A stretch of 63,787 bases of DNA, counting the filler, from Collodictyon triciliatum (taxonomy: Eukaryota): assembly GCA_043381765.1 (NCBI GenBank). It is 15 parts of 15 records of this genome, joined end to end, with 100 filler letters (N's around TTAATTAATTAA, not from the genome) between each part and the next. Parts side by side here need not be neighbours in the genome. Positions count along the whole stretch, not along the records: positions 38,356 to 42,690 come from JBHJMP010006222.1; positions 42,791 to 47,125 come from JBHJMP010006223.1; positions 47,226 to 51,560 come from JBHJMP010006224.1; 12 more parts are not named here. One strand, given 5' to 3'. Position numbers and translations under genes: made by a program. A model generated the notes under the pieces. The model saw only the letters and a list, made by a program, of their open reading frames with translations, had not been told where the DNA came from and made no database searches. Of this stretch, positions 38,531 through 51,314 are shown one piece after another. The first letter of the stretch is position 1. Every line of letters starts with the position of its first letter.

Positions 38531-39667
38531 ATTCAAGAGAGAAAAGCATCTATCCTAAAGCGCATCGACTGCAACTGTCGCCCACTCACGCTCGTTCATA
38601 GCATCCCTTCACACAAAACAACGATTTCGCCCCGTAACATAGCCGTCGCGGCCGCACAACTCAGGTGCATGGCTCTGCTTGCATCCCAGGATTCAGACAG
38701 CATACCAAAACGTGCGATGGAGTGGGCCCAATTAAGCGCAACCCTGCCAGCAAGGCCGGGCGTCTCTTTTCCCCTCACGTTGGGCACAAGTGCAAAAGCA
38801 GACAACCACACACATTTTCTAATCACCTCCCATCGCCCCATCGATTACAATCACCGCCCACACATCCGCCCAAGGGATGTCTTTCAGGTTTCCAAAACCA
38901 CAAAAAACTCTCTGAATCAAGTAACCTGCATCGCCGTTCATCCCCGCACGGGCCATGTCTACATCGGGGATATTGGAAAACATGCTATAGTCGTCCTGGG
39001 CAAATCTTTGTCCTTCATTCGCGAGTTTGGCAAGTACGGGCCAGAACCTGGAGATCTCCACCGACCGATAGCCCTGGACTTTTCTGCCGATGGTTCGTTG
39101 CTTGCGGTGGCGGACTCTGGAAAGAACGCGGTGCAAGTGTATCGCGATGACGGCGTGTTTGCGTGGGCTGTACGGAGCACATGCGACACAGCGTTTGGGA
39201 TGGTGTATCCTCGCTCGGTGGCCTTTGATGCCAGCGGCTCCCTGTATGTCTTGGACTCTCGCAACTCGTGCGTCCGGAAGTTCGACGAGGCTGGCAGAGC
39301 GCTTTGCGTCTTTGGCGATGCACTCTCGCATGTGCAGATTACATCGGCTGTGGATATATGTGTGACGCATTCAGGGAGGATATGCGTTCTGTGCCAAGGC
39401 TCCAACACGATTCGCTGCTTCGATGCCGAAGGCGCTTGGGTGGCTGACTTCGACAATACGCCGCTCGTCACAGACATGAGCCACATCGCCCGTGGGCCGG
39501 ATGACAGGATTCTGGTGCTGCACAATCGCACGCGCCTCTCGCTGGTGGATGCGGCCGGTGATGTAAAGGATTCGGCCCAGAAGGAGCCGTCTTCTGCTGC
39601 AGTCATGGGCCTCGACGGCTTGCTTTATTGCGTTGCCTCGGACGGCCTCGCTGTCTGGAGGGGATAG
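38531..39667 (+). CDS. NHL-repeat beta-propeller protein, terminal exon (TRIM-NHL-like C-terminus)
   Basis: Acceptor TAATAG at 38530, open frame to TAG. Repeats IAVHPRTGHVYIGD, FGKYGPEPGDLHRPIALDF...VADSGKNAVQVY, YPRSVAFDASGSLYVLDSRNSCVRKFD. Confidence 0.85.
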   Translation: MQERKASILKRIDCNCRPLTLVHSIPSHKTTISPRNIAVAAAQLRCMALLASQDSDSIPKRAMEWAQLSATLPARPGVSFPLTLGTSAKADNHTHFLITSHRPIDYNHRPHIRPRDVFQVSKTTKNSLNQVTCIAVHPRTGHVYIGDIGKHAIVVLGKSLSFIREFGKYGPEPGDLHRPIALDFSADGSLLAVADSGKNAVQVYRDDGVFAWAVRSTCDTAFGMVYPRSVAFDASGSLYVLDSRNSCVRKFDEAGRALCVFGDALSHVQITSAVDICVTHSGRICVLCQGSNTIRCFDAEGAWVADFDNTPLVTDMSHIARGPDDRILVLHNRTRLSLVDAAGDVKDSAQKEPSSAAVMGLDGLLYCVASDGLAVWRG

Positions 39668-39917
39668 AACCCTCGTGTTGGTTTCTTCTTATTCTTTTCT
39701 ATTCTCCCTTTCTTCTTCCCTTCTGTTTCGGTTGCTCCACCGTCTCCCTTTATTTCGTTTTTCTTTTTTCTTTTTTCTTTCTATTCTTTTCTTTTTTTTT
39801 AATTATTTTTCTTTTTTGGATTAAAGTCCGTTGCGGATTGACGAAGAAGCCAGCTGGGAAAAAAGTATTCTCATTGTTCAGCTTGTTTCTGAAGCGATGT
39901 TTCAATAAGGTGGAGTG

Positions 39918-42551
39918 ATGTCTGTGTCGTTGTCGATCTTGGACCGTGCTCGGGAAAGGTTTGTGGGCGAAGCGTAGATCTTTTCCTCTTTTTCTTCTTT
40001 TCTTTTTTTCTTTTTTTCTTTTTTCTTTTTTCTTTTTCTTCTTCTTTTTCTTCTTTCCTTCTTTCCTTCTTTCCTTCTTTTCTCGAGCCTTACAAAAACG
40101 AACCAAATAAACCAGAAACAGAGCAGGACTGAGCTTTTTGGAAGGTGGGGAATATGACTCTGCCATCAATGAGTTCACAAAGGCCATCTTCTTGCAACCA
40201 AATCGTGAGTCTTACGAGTCACTAACAACACAAGCATGCGAACAAGCTAACTGCACATATTCCCTTTCTTTTGCATATGATTTTATGAATCAAGATGCTT
40301 TTTGTTTGCTGCTGTTTTGACGCCCATAATATATTGTGCAGTGGCAGAGTTTTACGTAAATAGAGGAGATGCGTATGCTTGCATGTGCGACCTGCACTCT
40401 GCGGAAGTCAACTATAAAAAGGCTATTCAGCTTGATGCCTCCAACCAGTTCTACTTTATTTATTCTTATTGATTCTTATTAGTTTTTTCTTTTGGCTCAG
40501 GTTGGGAACAGACACAGTCGTTTGATTTTAAAGAAGCACGGATTAAATGTAGGGACATTCAGGACCGTCTCTATGACTTGTACAATATCCGAGGACAGCT
40601 TTTTATCATGCAATATGGAAATGTACTGATAATCTTATCGAATATTTTCTCAATATGGCGTTGATATGTACTGTTGCATATATTTAATATTATAGCGATT
40701 TAATTCCAAACATGAATGAAGGCGCCCGATGCATGTCACTATTTTGACCGTGCTTTGGACTTGACTGATAGCACTTTTGATATGGAGAACACAGCGTGTC
40801 TTCATCGAAAGTACTATTATTTGAATCCCAATATTTAAAAGAATAATTACCAAATTGTATGAAAACGCCAGTACCAACTCGTTAATTCCTATTTTGTTGC
40901 TTCGCAAAAGATATAAAAATATTGTTTCCTCACTTTTTTTTTGAACTTTATCGACTCTACCAACACAGAGCAATATCACTATGCATGATGGGTCAAATAC
41001 ACGAAGCTCTTGAATTGTTGAACAGGTTTTTTTAATGTTCCAAAAAAAAAGGAAGATGAAGAGCAGAATTCAGTGTATATTGTAAAGGTCTCTTCACGCA
41101 TCCAACCAAGATCCAGATTTGATTCTCTTCCGCAGTCGTATCTACAGGCACATGGGCAAAGTACGACTCGAAAGAATCGAAGGATACTAATTTGCATTTT
41201 TTTAGGGAAAAAAATACTTGAGCTTGAAGATTCAAAGTCATTAATCCTTGTGTTTATAGTTGAAAGAGGCATATGACGACGCAAGTAAGGCGTCCAGACT
41301 GAGTCCTGAGGACGAAGAAACCGCAGCCGTTTTAGGCGATATCTCAAGGGCGTCGGATGCCTATCGAAAAGAAGCGGACTCTTTGGTTTTTTTTTTCTTC
41401 GTCAAATTCTTTTTGTAAATTTCATTTCAATCATTATGAAGAGTGTCCTTAATGTGCATTATGGTTATCTAGTTGGTTTCTGGGCATGTTGATGAAGCCA
41501 TTAGAAAGATTGACCAAGCGATGGAAGTAGACCCTGGAGACCCCAAACTAAGGCTTAAGAAGTAAGAAGAAGAAGAAAATAGAGTTGTAACGCCAGATGT
41601 ATTCCAAACAATTACACTTTTTTTAAAAAATTATGACTGATGTGATCTTTTCTGACTGTAAACGCAATCCTATTTTCAGGGGAATTCTCCTTCGCCAGCA
41701 AGGAAATTATACAGAGGCACTCAAGGAACTTGCCCAGTCAATTAATGGTTGTTCGTAGCTATATGTTTTTTTCCCAATACAATCAGAGACTTTAGTATGT
41801 ATCCCCTTTTTCTTTTTTAGGTGCATATAGAAGCATCCTACTCATATTTGTATTTAATTAATTTCCCTTTTCTTTTATTTTAAGAGGCCGGAGGAGATTT
41901 TCCCAAAGCAAACATTCAAGTTGCTCTGACATTTAATGATATTGCCATCAAAATATGCGCGTAAGTAAATTCAGTTTTATTAATGCACGCTCTGCTGTTT
42001 CTACAACATAAGAAGGACGTCATGGAGTTAATTAAATGGATTTACCAACATCAATACTTAACACAGCGAGCAGAAATATGACCAAGCCATCACATTTCTT
42101 AACAAAGCCATCAAGATACATGAAAATGTCATGGAGTACCACCTCAACAGAGGAGGTTTTTTTTTTAAAAAAAAAATTATGATTCAAATATATCATTTTT
42201 TTTAAAAAAAAAAAAGCCTTGACTAAAATCAAAAAAAAAATCGTATAGATTGCTATTTACAGACTGGAAATAAATCATTGGCGATGTCGGACTATCACAA
42301 AGCTTTAGGTTTCTTGACGCTTTTTTTTCTTTTCGATTTGCTTCAACCATGCAGCCATCCAATTCGCCAATATAATCCATACAAATGCAACACCAAGCGA
42401 TGGCTGATATCTTTGTTTGCGATATTGCGCTCAAGAATTGCAACCAATGTCTCGCCCGGTTCTTGCTCGACTCTCTGTTATTCACCACGACACGGGTTTG
42501 GAAATCTTCCGTACTGGCAAGTTTACGCAGGCAGAGTATGAGTTTACAAAG
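39918..42551 (+). CDS. TTC16: Tetratricopeptide repeat protein 16-like, multi-exon, 3' truncated
   Basis: AINEFTKAIFLQPN|VAEFYVNRGDAYACMCDLHSAEVNYKKA...QVALTFNDIAI...AITFLNKAI...YHLNRG|DCYLQTGNKSLAMSDYHKAL. The LT(Y/F)ND and NRGDC motifs match TTC16 as recalled. Confidence 0.7.
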
Positions 42552-43028
42552 GTTCACTCTCCATAATCGCATGGTTGATGACTTTTGCCCCTTGAGAGCC
42601 TGATTCAAAGTTGTTTATCTAATCTGCACTAGTATATGCGCCTCTTTTTATTCTAATTTATAAAAAAAAAAAAAAAAAAAAAAATATTTTNNNNNNNNNN
42701 NNNNNNNNNNNNNNNNNNNNNNNNNNNNNNNNNNTTAATTAATTAANNNNNNNNNNNNNNNNNNNNNNNNNNNNNNNNNNNNNNNNNNNNTTATCATCAT
42801 TATCATCATTATCATCATTATCATCATTATCATCATTATCATCATTATCATCATTATCATCATTATCATCATTATCATCATTATCATCATTATTATTAAT
42901 CCTTGTCAGTGGGTCAATTTACACGTGAATAAACATTTGGGGTATGGCTATGTGTAGCAATAAAAAAAAAAAAGTGAAAAATCAGCTATCATTTTTTTTT
43001 AATAAACAAACACACAAATTGACCCCAG

Positions 43029-44534
43029 GCTTTGAGTGGCGGCGTTGGAATCGGACATGTACGCTACCCGACTGCAGGGACATCATCTTCAGCCGAATCC
43101 CAACCCTTCTATGCAAACTCGCCATACGGCATCGTCCTTGGACACAACGGCAATCTTGTCAACACGGAGAAGTTGGCTAAAGAGCTTGAAGAACAGGAGC
43201 TGCGTCATCTCAACACATCCTCCGATTCTGAAGTTCTTCTTAATGTTCTCGCCATGGAGCTCCAGCACCTCAACAAGCGAATTGTCCAAGCTGAAGACGT
43301 CTTTGTAGCCATGAGCCAAGTCAACAAGCGTTGTGTGGGTGGCTATGCATGCGTCGGCATCATCGTTGGCCTGGGCCTCATTGCCTTCCGCGATGTGAAT
43401 GGGATTCGCCCTGTGGTCTTTGGACGACGTCCACGAAGCAAAGCTGCCTTGGCCGAGCCTCGGACAGATGAGTCTGTCAAGTACGAATACTGCGTGGCTT
43501 CTGAGAGCGTGGCACTTGATGTTCTTGGCTTTCAGCTTGTGCGGGATGTTCAGCCGGGTGAGGTGATTGTGATTACTCGCGAAGGTGAGTTGTTTTCTCG
43601 TGTGTGTGCAGAGTCCACCAAACTCCGTCCTTGCATCTTCGAGCACGTCTACTTTTCTCGCCCCGACTCTATCATGGACGGCATCTCTGTTTATAAATCT
43701 CGTCTTCGTATGGGGGAGAAGCTGGCGGAAAAGATACTCCGCACTTGGCCCGATCATGACGTAGATGTCGTCATACCTGTCCCAGACACATCACGCACAG
43801 CTGCTCTCCAGTTAGCCAACTCAATCAAGGTATAGTCTCCAAGACCTATTCCCAACGTTTTTATCTATCTATCTATTAGCTTCCTCTATTTTTTTCTCTT
43901 ATTTTTGAATGTGTTAAATCACAGTTAGTTGTGTCATTCTTAATGACCAACAGGCAAACGTAATCACTTTAAATCGTAGGTCCCCTACCGCGAGGGATTC
44001 ATAAAGAATCGGTACATCGGCCGTACATTCATCATGCCCGGTCAAACTCTGCGCAAAAAGAGCGTGCGTCAAAAGTTGAATGCCATCGACCTTGAGTTCC
44101 GAGGAAAGAATGTCCTCCTTGTGGACGACAGCATCGTGCGAGGAACAACTTCAAAGGAGATTATCACAATGGCCAGAGAAGCTGGAGCGAAGAAGGTTTA
44201 CTTGGCATCGTGCGCTCCTCCTGTCCGATTCCCGAATGTCTATGGAATTGACATGCCCACAGTCAACGAGCTGATTGCTCATGGGCGCGATGAGGATGAA
44301 ATTGGAGTGAGCATCGGAGCAGATCGTGTGCTGTACCAGGACCTTGCCGACCTGATTGAGGCTTCGTATAGAGGGAACACGTCTGTGGATGGCTTTGAAA
44401 CGTCTGTTTTTGACGCTGTTTATATCACGGATGGCGTAACACCTGAGTATCTCAGCAAGATTGCAGGAGCACGCAATGACTCGGCAAGGCAAGCAACGTC
44501 TGGCACCGACGAGCAAGGCCCACGAATCATGTAA
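43029..44534 (+). CDS. purF: Amidophosphoribosyltransferase (5' truncated; exons 43029-43829 and 43980-44534)
   Basis: [74 protein letters not shown]-binding [19 protein letters not shown]. One GT-AG intron. Confidence 0.97.
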
Positions 44535-44949
44535 ATTCGCTTCCGGCGTATAGTGTCGTCTTCTCATTTTTTTCCTACTTGATTTTCGTTTTCCTTGTCT
44601 CCTCTTCTTGCATGAATGGAGGCATTCCTAACTCCTTTCAGTTTACATTCATGACTTTCTTGGGCAGCCGCGTTCTCTCGCTTTCCTCCTTACAATATCA
44701 AGGCCATGAATCATGATAATAAAAATGAAATTTAAAGTTCGAGTGATGCCTATGTGGTTGTGTTCTTTGAGTTATGAATTAAAGCCTTATTTACGCAAGT
44801 TGCGGACTTATCCAGGCTGTACGAAGCGCAAAGTGTGGAGAGCTACCTTTTTTTTCTTCAAGCTTCCTCTACATCCAACATTTTTATTTGGTATATAAGT
44901 CAATAAGCGATTTCAAAACGTTTGATTATGTTACTTTCATTGCTCTACA

Positions 44950-46190
44950 CGAAAAATAATGACATGCAAGCCAACATCCCTGCGCGAAACAGCCAGTGAG
45001 ATTCTTTGATTGACACTCAAGACGGCTGCAGCTGTTGTCCCAAATCCATGCGATATTTGGGCCTCTGCAACAGCTGCGTCCAGATGCAAAAACATTCTGG
45101 GCAGTGACGCGAGGCCATTTGATATAGACTATGTGGATAGCGCGCATATACTCGCGCAAAGCAAGATTCAACAATCAGCCACCCATTCCTGATGACACAT
45201 TGGATGACATCACACAAAACCTCTTTTTCTCTATGGCTTCCTTCGCCACCTCCACGTTCTCTACTACTCAGACCCTGTGAGAAGAGACATGTGGAAATAG
45301 GCCGAGAAAGAGATTCAACTTTGCCTTGTATCTCTCATGCAAGCACAAGACCCAGGCTACAGGCCAAACCGCAGGATGCAATTCCTGATTACCGACTACT
45401 TCTCGCCACTCGGCCACCAAGTAGGGTCATGAAAACGATGACTAGCGAACCAAAGCCAACATCTCCACCATCATTTGCACAAATGGAAAAGAATAAAACC
45501 TTCAAAATAATAATACCTGTCAATCACGATATTTGTGGAAAGCAGCGATGATAACAGATTGCCATGAAGGCCCAAACTTTTCAGACCAGTCAACATGAAA
45601 ACGCCATGAGGAACAGATATTACCTTTTCCCGCCTAAACCTAGACTCTGGGGGCTCTTTGAAGAGGCGATGTCGCGGGTCTCGTTATTCCTCGGAGCTCT
45701 TCTTAAAGCACATTCTGGTCGGCTATTGTGACAGAGGTAGGGTGAAAGCAGTTTGCTCGGGTTCTGGGCGCTATGTGGAGCTGGTGGACTGGCTCGTATT
45801 TTAGTGTGTTGAATAGTTTTATTTGTTTTGCGATTGCACTTGACAAGTCACACAGGATGTGCGTTGCTTGGGTGAGAGCGGTGCGGTCGCGCACACAGAG
45901 AATAGAATGCGCATTGCGAATGAGTGATGTGATAAGGTAGCGAGAAAGAAAGAGCGCAGGGCAGCAGCGATTTCAAATGGATGAAGGTTAAATATCCCAC
46001 AAAGGCCGGCGAATCTTCTGTCCGAATAAATATGCGGCCATCTCAACATATAGTGAACATATTAGGCTTTGTGTCGCTCGTGTGCGATGTGTGGCTCGTG
46101 TGGTGATTGGGAAGGCAGAACATTCTCGAATGCCCCAGGTGCGATATCTCCGAATGATGCACAACGTGTATTCCTGGTGCAAATATTCGG
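44950..46190. mobile_element. Decayed non-LTR retrotransposon ORF2 C-terminal remnants in opposite orientations
   Basis: Plus strand ~44960-45330: GCSCCP...MWIARIYSRKARFNNQPP (W-x-x-R...F-N pattern). Minus strand ~45700-46190: ICSL...HIYSDRRFA...LWDI (degenerate zf-RVT-like). Many stops and frameshifts. Confidence 0.4.
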
Positions 46191-46601
46191 AAAATTTATG
46201 ACACAGTATTAGACATATAATACAAATTGTAAAAGTTTCTAATTTATATGATAACCTTATTGCAAAGATGATATGGAATGCCCAAAACTCAGTTCTTTCC
46301 TTTTCATATTTGCTTTTCTTTCTTACTCTTAAATGATTTTGGTTTTATTCATATTTATTAATGCATCTACAGATTCGATTGAATTCATAATGACATCCAA
46401 TTAGACTAGAACTATAATGCGTCAACCTCATGTGAAGGGTCGAGCTTGCATCGGGAGACCGACTCTCAATCAATAATAAGTGACTGACGTGCCACTGTTA
46501 ATGAGAGCGATAGAGAACGAATTCTTCTAAGACAAAAAGACTGCTTCATTTACCAATATGGCATATAAGTAAAAATCATTTGCTTCACAAACTTCAAGAA
46601 T

Positions 46602-47125
46602 ATGTGCGAGCGACTGCGGGATGTAATGGATATCAGATACAGATATCGCCACGAAAAAGACGTGACTTTTATAATTATGAAAGACTCAGCCATCGGACTC
46701 AGAATCGCCTTCCCAAGAAAAGAAAACGCAGCTGCCTTCATTAAGGAGGAGTCTTTCCAGCTCCTCAACCACCATTACTCCCCCATGCCAGCCAAAACTG
46801 TCACAAAGGTTGCGCACCTGTCTAACATACCGCTGGGGTCAAGTGGACTGACATTTTCGAAGCCTGCAGCGAATACTTCATCATAAATCAGAGCCAGCTG
46901 GACAAAGCCGGGAGGAATATGCATGAGAGATGCACTCGTTACTTTTGACAAAGAACAGGAAAAAATGGGGAAAATACCCCCCTATGTCGTCATTCATGGC
47001 AGACGCTGTCGCGTGGAGATACGCGCACTCAAAGAGTCTGACATCCCATCAACTCTCCCCAACAAAGAAGGGTATGACACAAAAGGTCAAACCACAAACC
47101 ACAAAAAAAAAAACAGCTACTGCCA
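46602..47125 (+). mobile_element. Degenerate LINE ORF1-like (RRM-type) fragment
   Basis: LRIAFPRKENAAAFI...VAHLSNIPLG...DALVTF...KIPPYVVIHGRRCRVEIR with frameshifts. Same motif order as 1556-1900. Confidence 0.5.
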
Positions 47126-47226
47126 NNNNNNNNNNNNNNNNNNNNNNNNNNNNNNNNNNNNNNNNNNNNTTAATTAATTAANNNNNNNNNNNNNNNNNNN
47201 NNNNNNNNNNNNNNNNNNNNNNNNNA

Positions 47227-47838
47227 TACACCCCGACATGCAGCTACTACGACGAAGTCAAGAAGGACTGGAGCGGGGAAGGATGCACGCTAGTGAGCTT
47301 CACAAACACGCAGGTTGTCTGCAAATGCACGCATCTGACGTCCTTTGCAAGTACTCTGCGCCGCACCACCGGAGGCACCCAGTCCCGCTCCCGTTCCCGT
47401 TCCCGTTCCCGTTCTCGCTCTCGTAGCAAAAACAAATCGCGGAGCAAAAACCAATCGCGAAGCAAAAACCGGACACAGAACAGGACCAACACCAGAAAGC
47501 CTGCTGTGAACTCGGCATCGCAGCCAGGCCGCCCGTCGGAAAGCAAGAAGCCCGGAGGCGGCGGAGGCGGAGGAAGCATGATTGGCATCATCGCTGGCGC
47601 AGTGGGCGGCATCGGCGGCATTCTGCTGATTGTCAGCGGCGTTGTGCTCTACCGGCGCCGTCGGCAGATGAGGACGCAGCCCACGTCCGGCGGCCACCAC
47701 GGCGGAGCGGCCACCGGGGTCTCTGTCAGTGCGTCCATTGGCGACGGCTCCATCGGCGTGGCCTCGTCCGGGCAGATTCCTCTCCGTGTCGGGGTTGGCC
47801 CGACTCCCTCTCTGCCCTCGCCCGCCGACGAGTACTGA
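47227..47838 (+). CDS. C-terminus of a GPS/GAIN-domain single-pass membrane protein
   Basis: Frame open from the contig start: CSYYDEVKKDWSGEGCTLVSFTNTQVVCKCTHL|TSFA (complete GPS with H-L-T cleavage triad), then an (SR)n/basic stalk, a TM helix IGIIAGAVGGIGGILLIVSGVVLY, stop-transfer RRRR, and a ~55-aa tail. Confidence 0.85.
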   Translation, partial: YTPTCSYYDEVKKDWSGEGCTLVSFTNTQVVCKCTHLTSFASTLRRTTGGTQSRSRSRSRSRSRSRSKNKSRSKNQSRSKNRTQNRTNTRKPAVNSASQPGRPSESKKPGGGGGGGSMIGIIAGAVGGIGGILLIVSGVVLYRRRRQMRTQPTSGGHHGGAATGVSVSASIGDGSIGVASSGQIPLRVGVGPTPSLPSPADEY

Positions 47839-47998
47839 CCCACTGCACCCTCCAAACGCTGCCTTGGTGCAGCCACCATAAAGGTTCGCCTGCTGACGTG
47901 TCCCCCGCCCTTTGTTTTGTTTGGGTTTGTCCTCTTTATTCAGTCGGCTGTGCTGTGTGCTGTGTATGCATGTGTGCGTGTTTGGAGGGCAGTTCATA

Positions 47999-48612
47999 TT
48001 ACTTGCTCTTTTTAATGCCGCCACCGACCAATGGCTGGTATTGAAGATAATATAAGGGCAAAATGTTAGGTCATTGAGTTCTTTTTTTTTTCTTTTCCTT
48101 TTCCTTTATATATATGTGTGTATCTTTGTGTCTGCGGAAAGACATACAAGGCAGGCATGATATCAAGCGGCTGGATTGGAAGTTGAGGGTTGTCACAAAA
48201 GCTTTGGGCGAAGATACACTTACCCCTCCTTTGGCAGCCTTTGAGGCGAGCTCCTTCCTAAGGCGTTCTTCCTCCTTCATCTTGCGGATGTGCTCCAGGT
48301 CTTGCTGAAAAGTAAATATATGTAAATAAATAGAAATCTTTCTCTGGGTCAGAGCAGATATGACATGGTGTGAAGTTTGCTGCCCAAAAAGATTGATTCA
48401 CCTCGTCGTAGTCCTTATCGGCGGCCTTGGGCTGCTTCAGAGGCTTCTTCTTTCCACCTGCACAACAGTTGATGTAATTTTTGTCATAAAAGTTCAGAAT
48501 ACAAATACCCATCCCCTACTTTTTTTTTTCTTTTTAAAGGTACAAAGGGTGCGATTTAAGTTCTTTGGAGTGTTTGTTTGAGACCAGAAGACAAACCTTG
48601 CTTTCCAGACAT
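47999..48612 (-). CDS. TMA7: Translation machinery-associated protein 7 (4 exons)
   Basis: Spliced product MSGKQG-GKKKPLKQPKAADKDYDE-QDLEHIRKMKEEERLRKELASKAAKGG-PLVGGGIKKSK*, with GT-AG introns. Confidence 0.92.
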
Positions 48613-49174
48613 TCGCTTCTCCTGTGCTTTCTGGGGGTAGGTGTAACCCAAAAAAGTAGAAAAAAAAAAGGGGAAAACAAAATAAGAAAAGAGAATGAAA
48701 AAGAAAAAAAAGGAAAGAGGAAAAAGAAAAAGAAAAAGAAAAAGAAAAAGAAAAAGAAAAAGAAAAAGAAAAAGAAAAAGAAAAGAAATCAAAGAGTGGT
48801 GATATGTGCAAGGAACAATCGGTCGTCGATCCGGGGCCTTCTGCCCAAGTTATCGCTGAAGAAAAGACCAGCCCTCCGCCCTTGCGAGGCAAAAGTACAC
48901 GCACGCTTCGTTGATGGATGCATCCGACACGCTCTGATCGTGATTCATGAGACTGTTGATTACAGCCGACACCCGTACAACTTATTCAATGAAAACAACT
49001 AAATTAGACACATGTCATGTGATGATGGATTCATGGCGATATTAAGAGTAATTTACAATGTAAATATATATTTAAAAATGCAAAGACGGTTGTCATGTTT
49101 ATGTTATCGGGTGTCATATCAATGTATCCGTTTTTCTAGGGAAAGAACGGCAAGTGGCCAGGGGTGGGCTCCAT

Positions 49175-51314
49175 CTAGAGTCGCTTCAGAGCATCCTTCA
49201 GAAAGGCCTTCTTTGCTTCCCACTCCCTGATCTATGCGAAAGATTGCGAAAAACTTCGTTTAGAAGTCCAGCTAATAGTAACACTATTTTTAAAGATATT
49301 ACAAGACACGACACATATTTTCATTTTTTTTCGCTAAAGGTATGCCTTTTTTTTTTTTTTTTTGGCCTATCACCACACACAAACCTCGTTCTTCGATGCA
49401 TTTTTTGACGGGGGATTCATCCGTAGCTGCTCCAAGGAGTCAACCAGTTCTTGTTTCTGAGTCTGGGCTGTGCTTTTGATTATGTATGTTCCTTGGTGTA
49501 AATTCTCTGGATTCAAGACATTTAGGTTTGGTGTGGATATATCATCGGCATTGTTCTTTACATCCCCAACATCGACCATCGACGCGCTTGTCCAATTACC
49601 TAGTTCTTTGGTATTCTCGCTTGCACCATCGCCAATAGATTTGGTTTCAGTGGGAGCAGTTACTCGAGTAATACTTTGGGTAGTTGAATTTTCATCTTCA
49701 TCGCCTTTAGCCTCTTCAGTGGAATTAAATCGGCCTGATGATTCAGTCGACGAGGGCGGGAGGGATACTACAGAGGGGTGTGCAAGGACTTTGCTTTCGG
49801 GTATGACGGTTGCACTAATGAAGCTGTTATCACTTTGTGTAAAGTTTTCCGTGGCAATCTCTGTTGGTGTCGGTGTTTCGTCTAGGCGGGAATTGTAGAC
49901 CCGAGATTCCAGCTTGTTTCCTGAAATGAGAATAGAAAGCGAACCCGAATCTTCTACATCGACCTTAGCGACAAGGGTACTTTCTGGTATGTCAGAAGTC
50001 AAGGATGTAGTTCCTTTCTTGAAGGGTACTCCATATTTTGCTGAAAGTCGCTCGGCAGTGAAGTAAGAGGACAATCTGGTACATTAATCATGTTAGTAAT
50101 ACGTACACGAGAGAGAGGCGCATTGAATGAAACTAATGGATTCAATCGTTTTCTTCTGCCCCTTTCCCCGCCTTTCAAGTGAATTAAGTATCCAAGCAAG
50201 AACCTTTGTCTGGCTTCAGTGTCGATAGTCATTTTTCCGACAAAAAACACTGGGATGAGCAGCGGGGCAACAAAAAGGGCTGATACAAAGCGAAACCCTA
50301 CTCACAGACAAATTACATAGAGATATTTACAACGTGTAATAACTTAGTATAGTTATATCAATAGGGGTCGAAAATCGTTGTTAAATTTTCTTTGCATTTT
50401 ATACGAAATGTTACAACTTTCTATACGAACCCTCTTTTTTCTGGGCTATCACAGTTTCAATCGGCGCAGCTGCAAAGGGATCGGCAGCAACTATGACAAT
50501 ATCTGGGGCCATATGACTCTCAATTCTCGCCTGCTTTGTTTCTGTCAGATTTCGTGTTTCTGCATGGCCGAATGTCTGTTTACATGTATGCAAGGATAAA
50601 AAAAATATAAAAAATTAGACTGACTAGGTCAATACGTTGAGCGACGAAAAACTTATCGCTCAATGATTAGAAAAAAAGAGTCAAGCAGAAAAATAATAAT
50701 TCAAAATGAACATATATCTTATTTGTCAGCAGTAATCGAGAGCATAATCTCATGATTACATATGTATATGGAAATTAAATCAAGGAGACCGGAGGAAAAG
50801 AAATGATTGGAACTATTGATAGGGATACTACTGGCTTTGAAAAGGTAGTTGGATGCTGTATACTAATATGTGAATGGGAATTACAATCAACAAACTTTGC
50901 GCCCCTTGTAGAATCTTGAAAGATTAGCCTCTCGGGTAAGTTTGGTTGGGATTTGACTCTGCAGAAATCGTTCAGCCTCTTGCATAGGATTCTGATTATT
51001 TTATAAAATTATAATTAAAACATAGCATAAAACACTAGCATATATTCCACAGGTATTACTTTCAAATGATAAGCCAAACTTCAGTTTGCATGGGTGATTT
51101 TACACAAGGCTGAAATTTACATAGCAGTCTTGAATAAACAAAAGTGTAAAGATTAATGATAAAAGCAAAAACAGAAAGAGATAGAAGAGATAGAAGAGAA
51201 TAAAAAACTGAGTCATTTACTTACTAGTCCGTCCACACCTTGTATACGGTAAGATCGAACAAAAGAGCTTTGCAGGCGCCGTAGAAGCGCAAAGCCTGCA
51301 GCGACGGAGCTCAT
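49175..51314 (-). CDS. Hypothetical single-pass membrane protein, possibly mitochondrion-targeted, multi-exon
   Basis: Start MSSVAAGFALLRRLQSSFVRSY (Arg/Ser-rich, no acidic residues). Hydrophobic FVSALFVAPLLIPVFFVG segment. Phase-compatible splice ARQR|LSSYF into the S/T/E-rich exon (~49387-50074). Last exon IREWEAKKAFLKDALKRL*. Confidence 0.5.

Noticed and set aside
43089-43757. Long antisense or alternative-frame ORFs over purF, NHL, DUF4097, coiled-coil and GPS exons
   Set aside because: Shadow ORFs of GC-rich coding exons with no independent motifs.
43029-44534. purF as bacterial contamination or recent HGT
   Set aside because: It has a GT-AG intron and a microsatellite-containing upstream intron; this purF type is widespread in eukaryotes.
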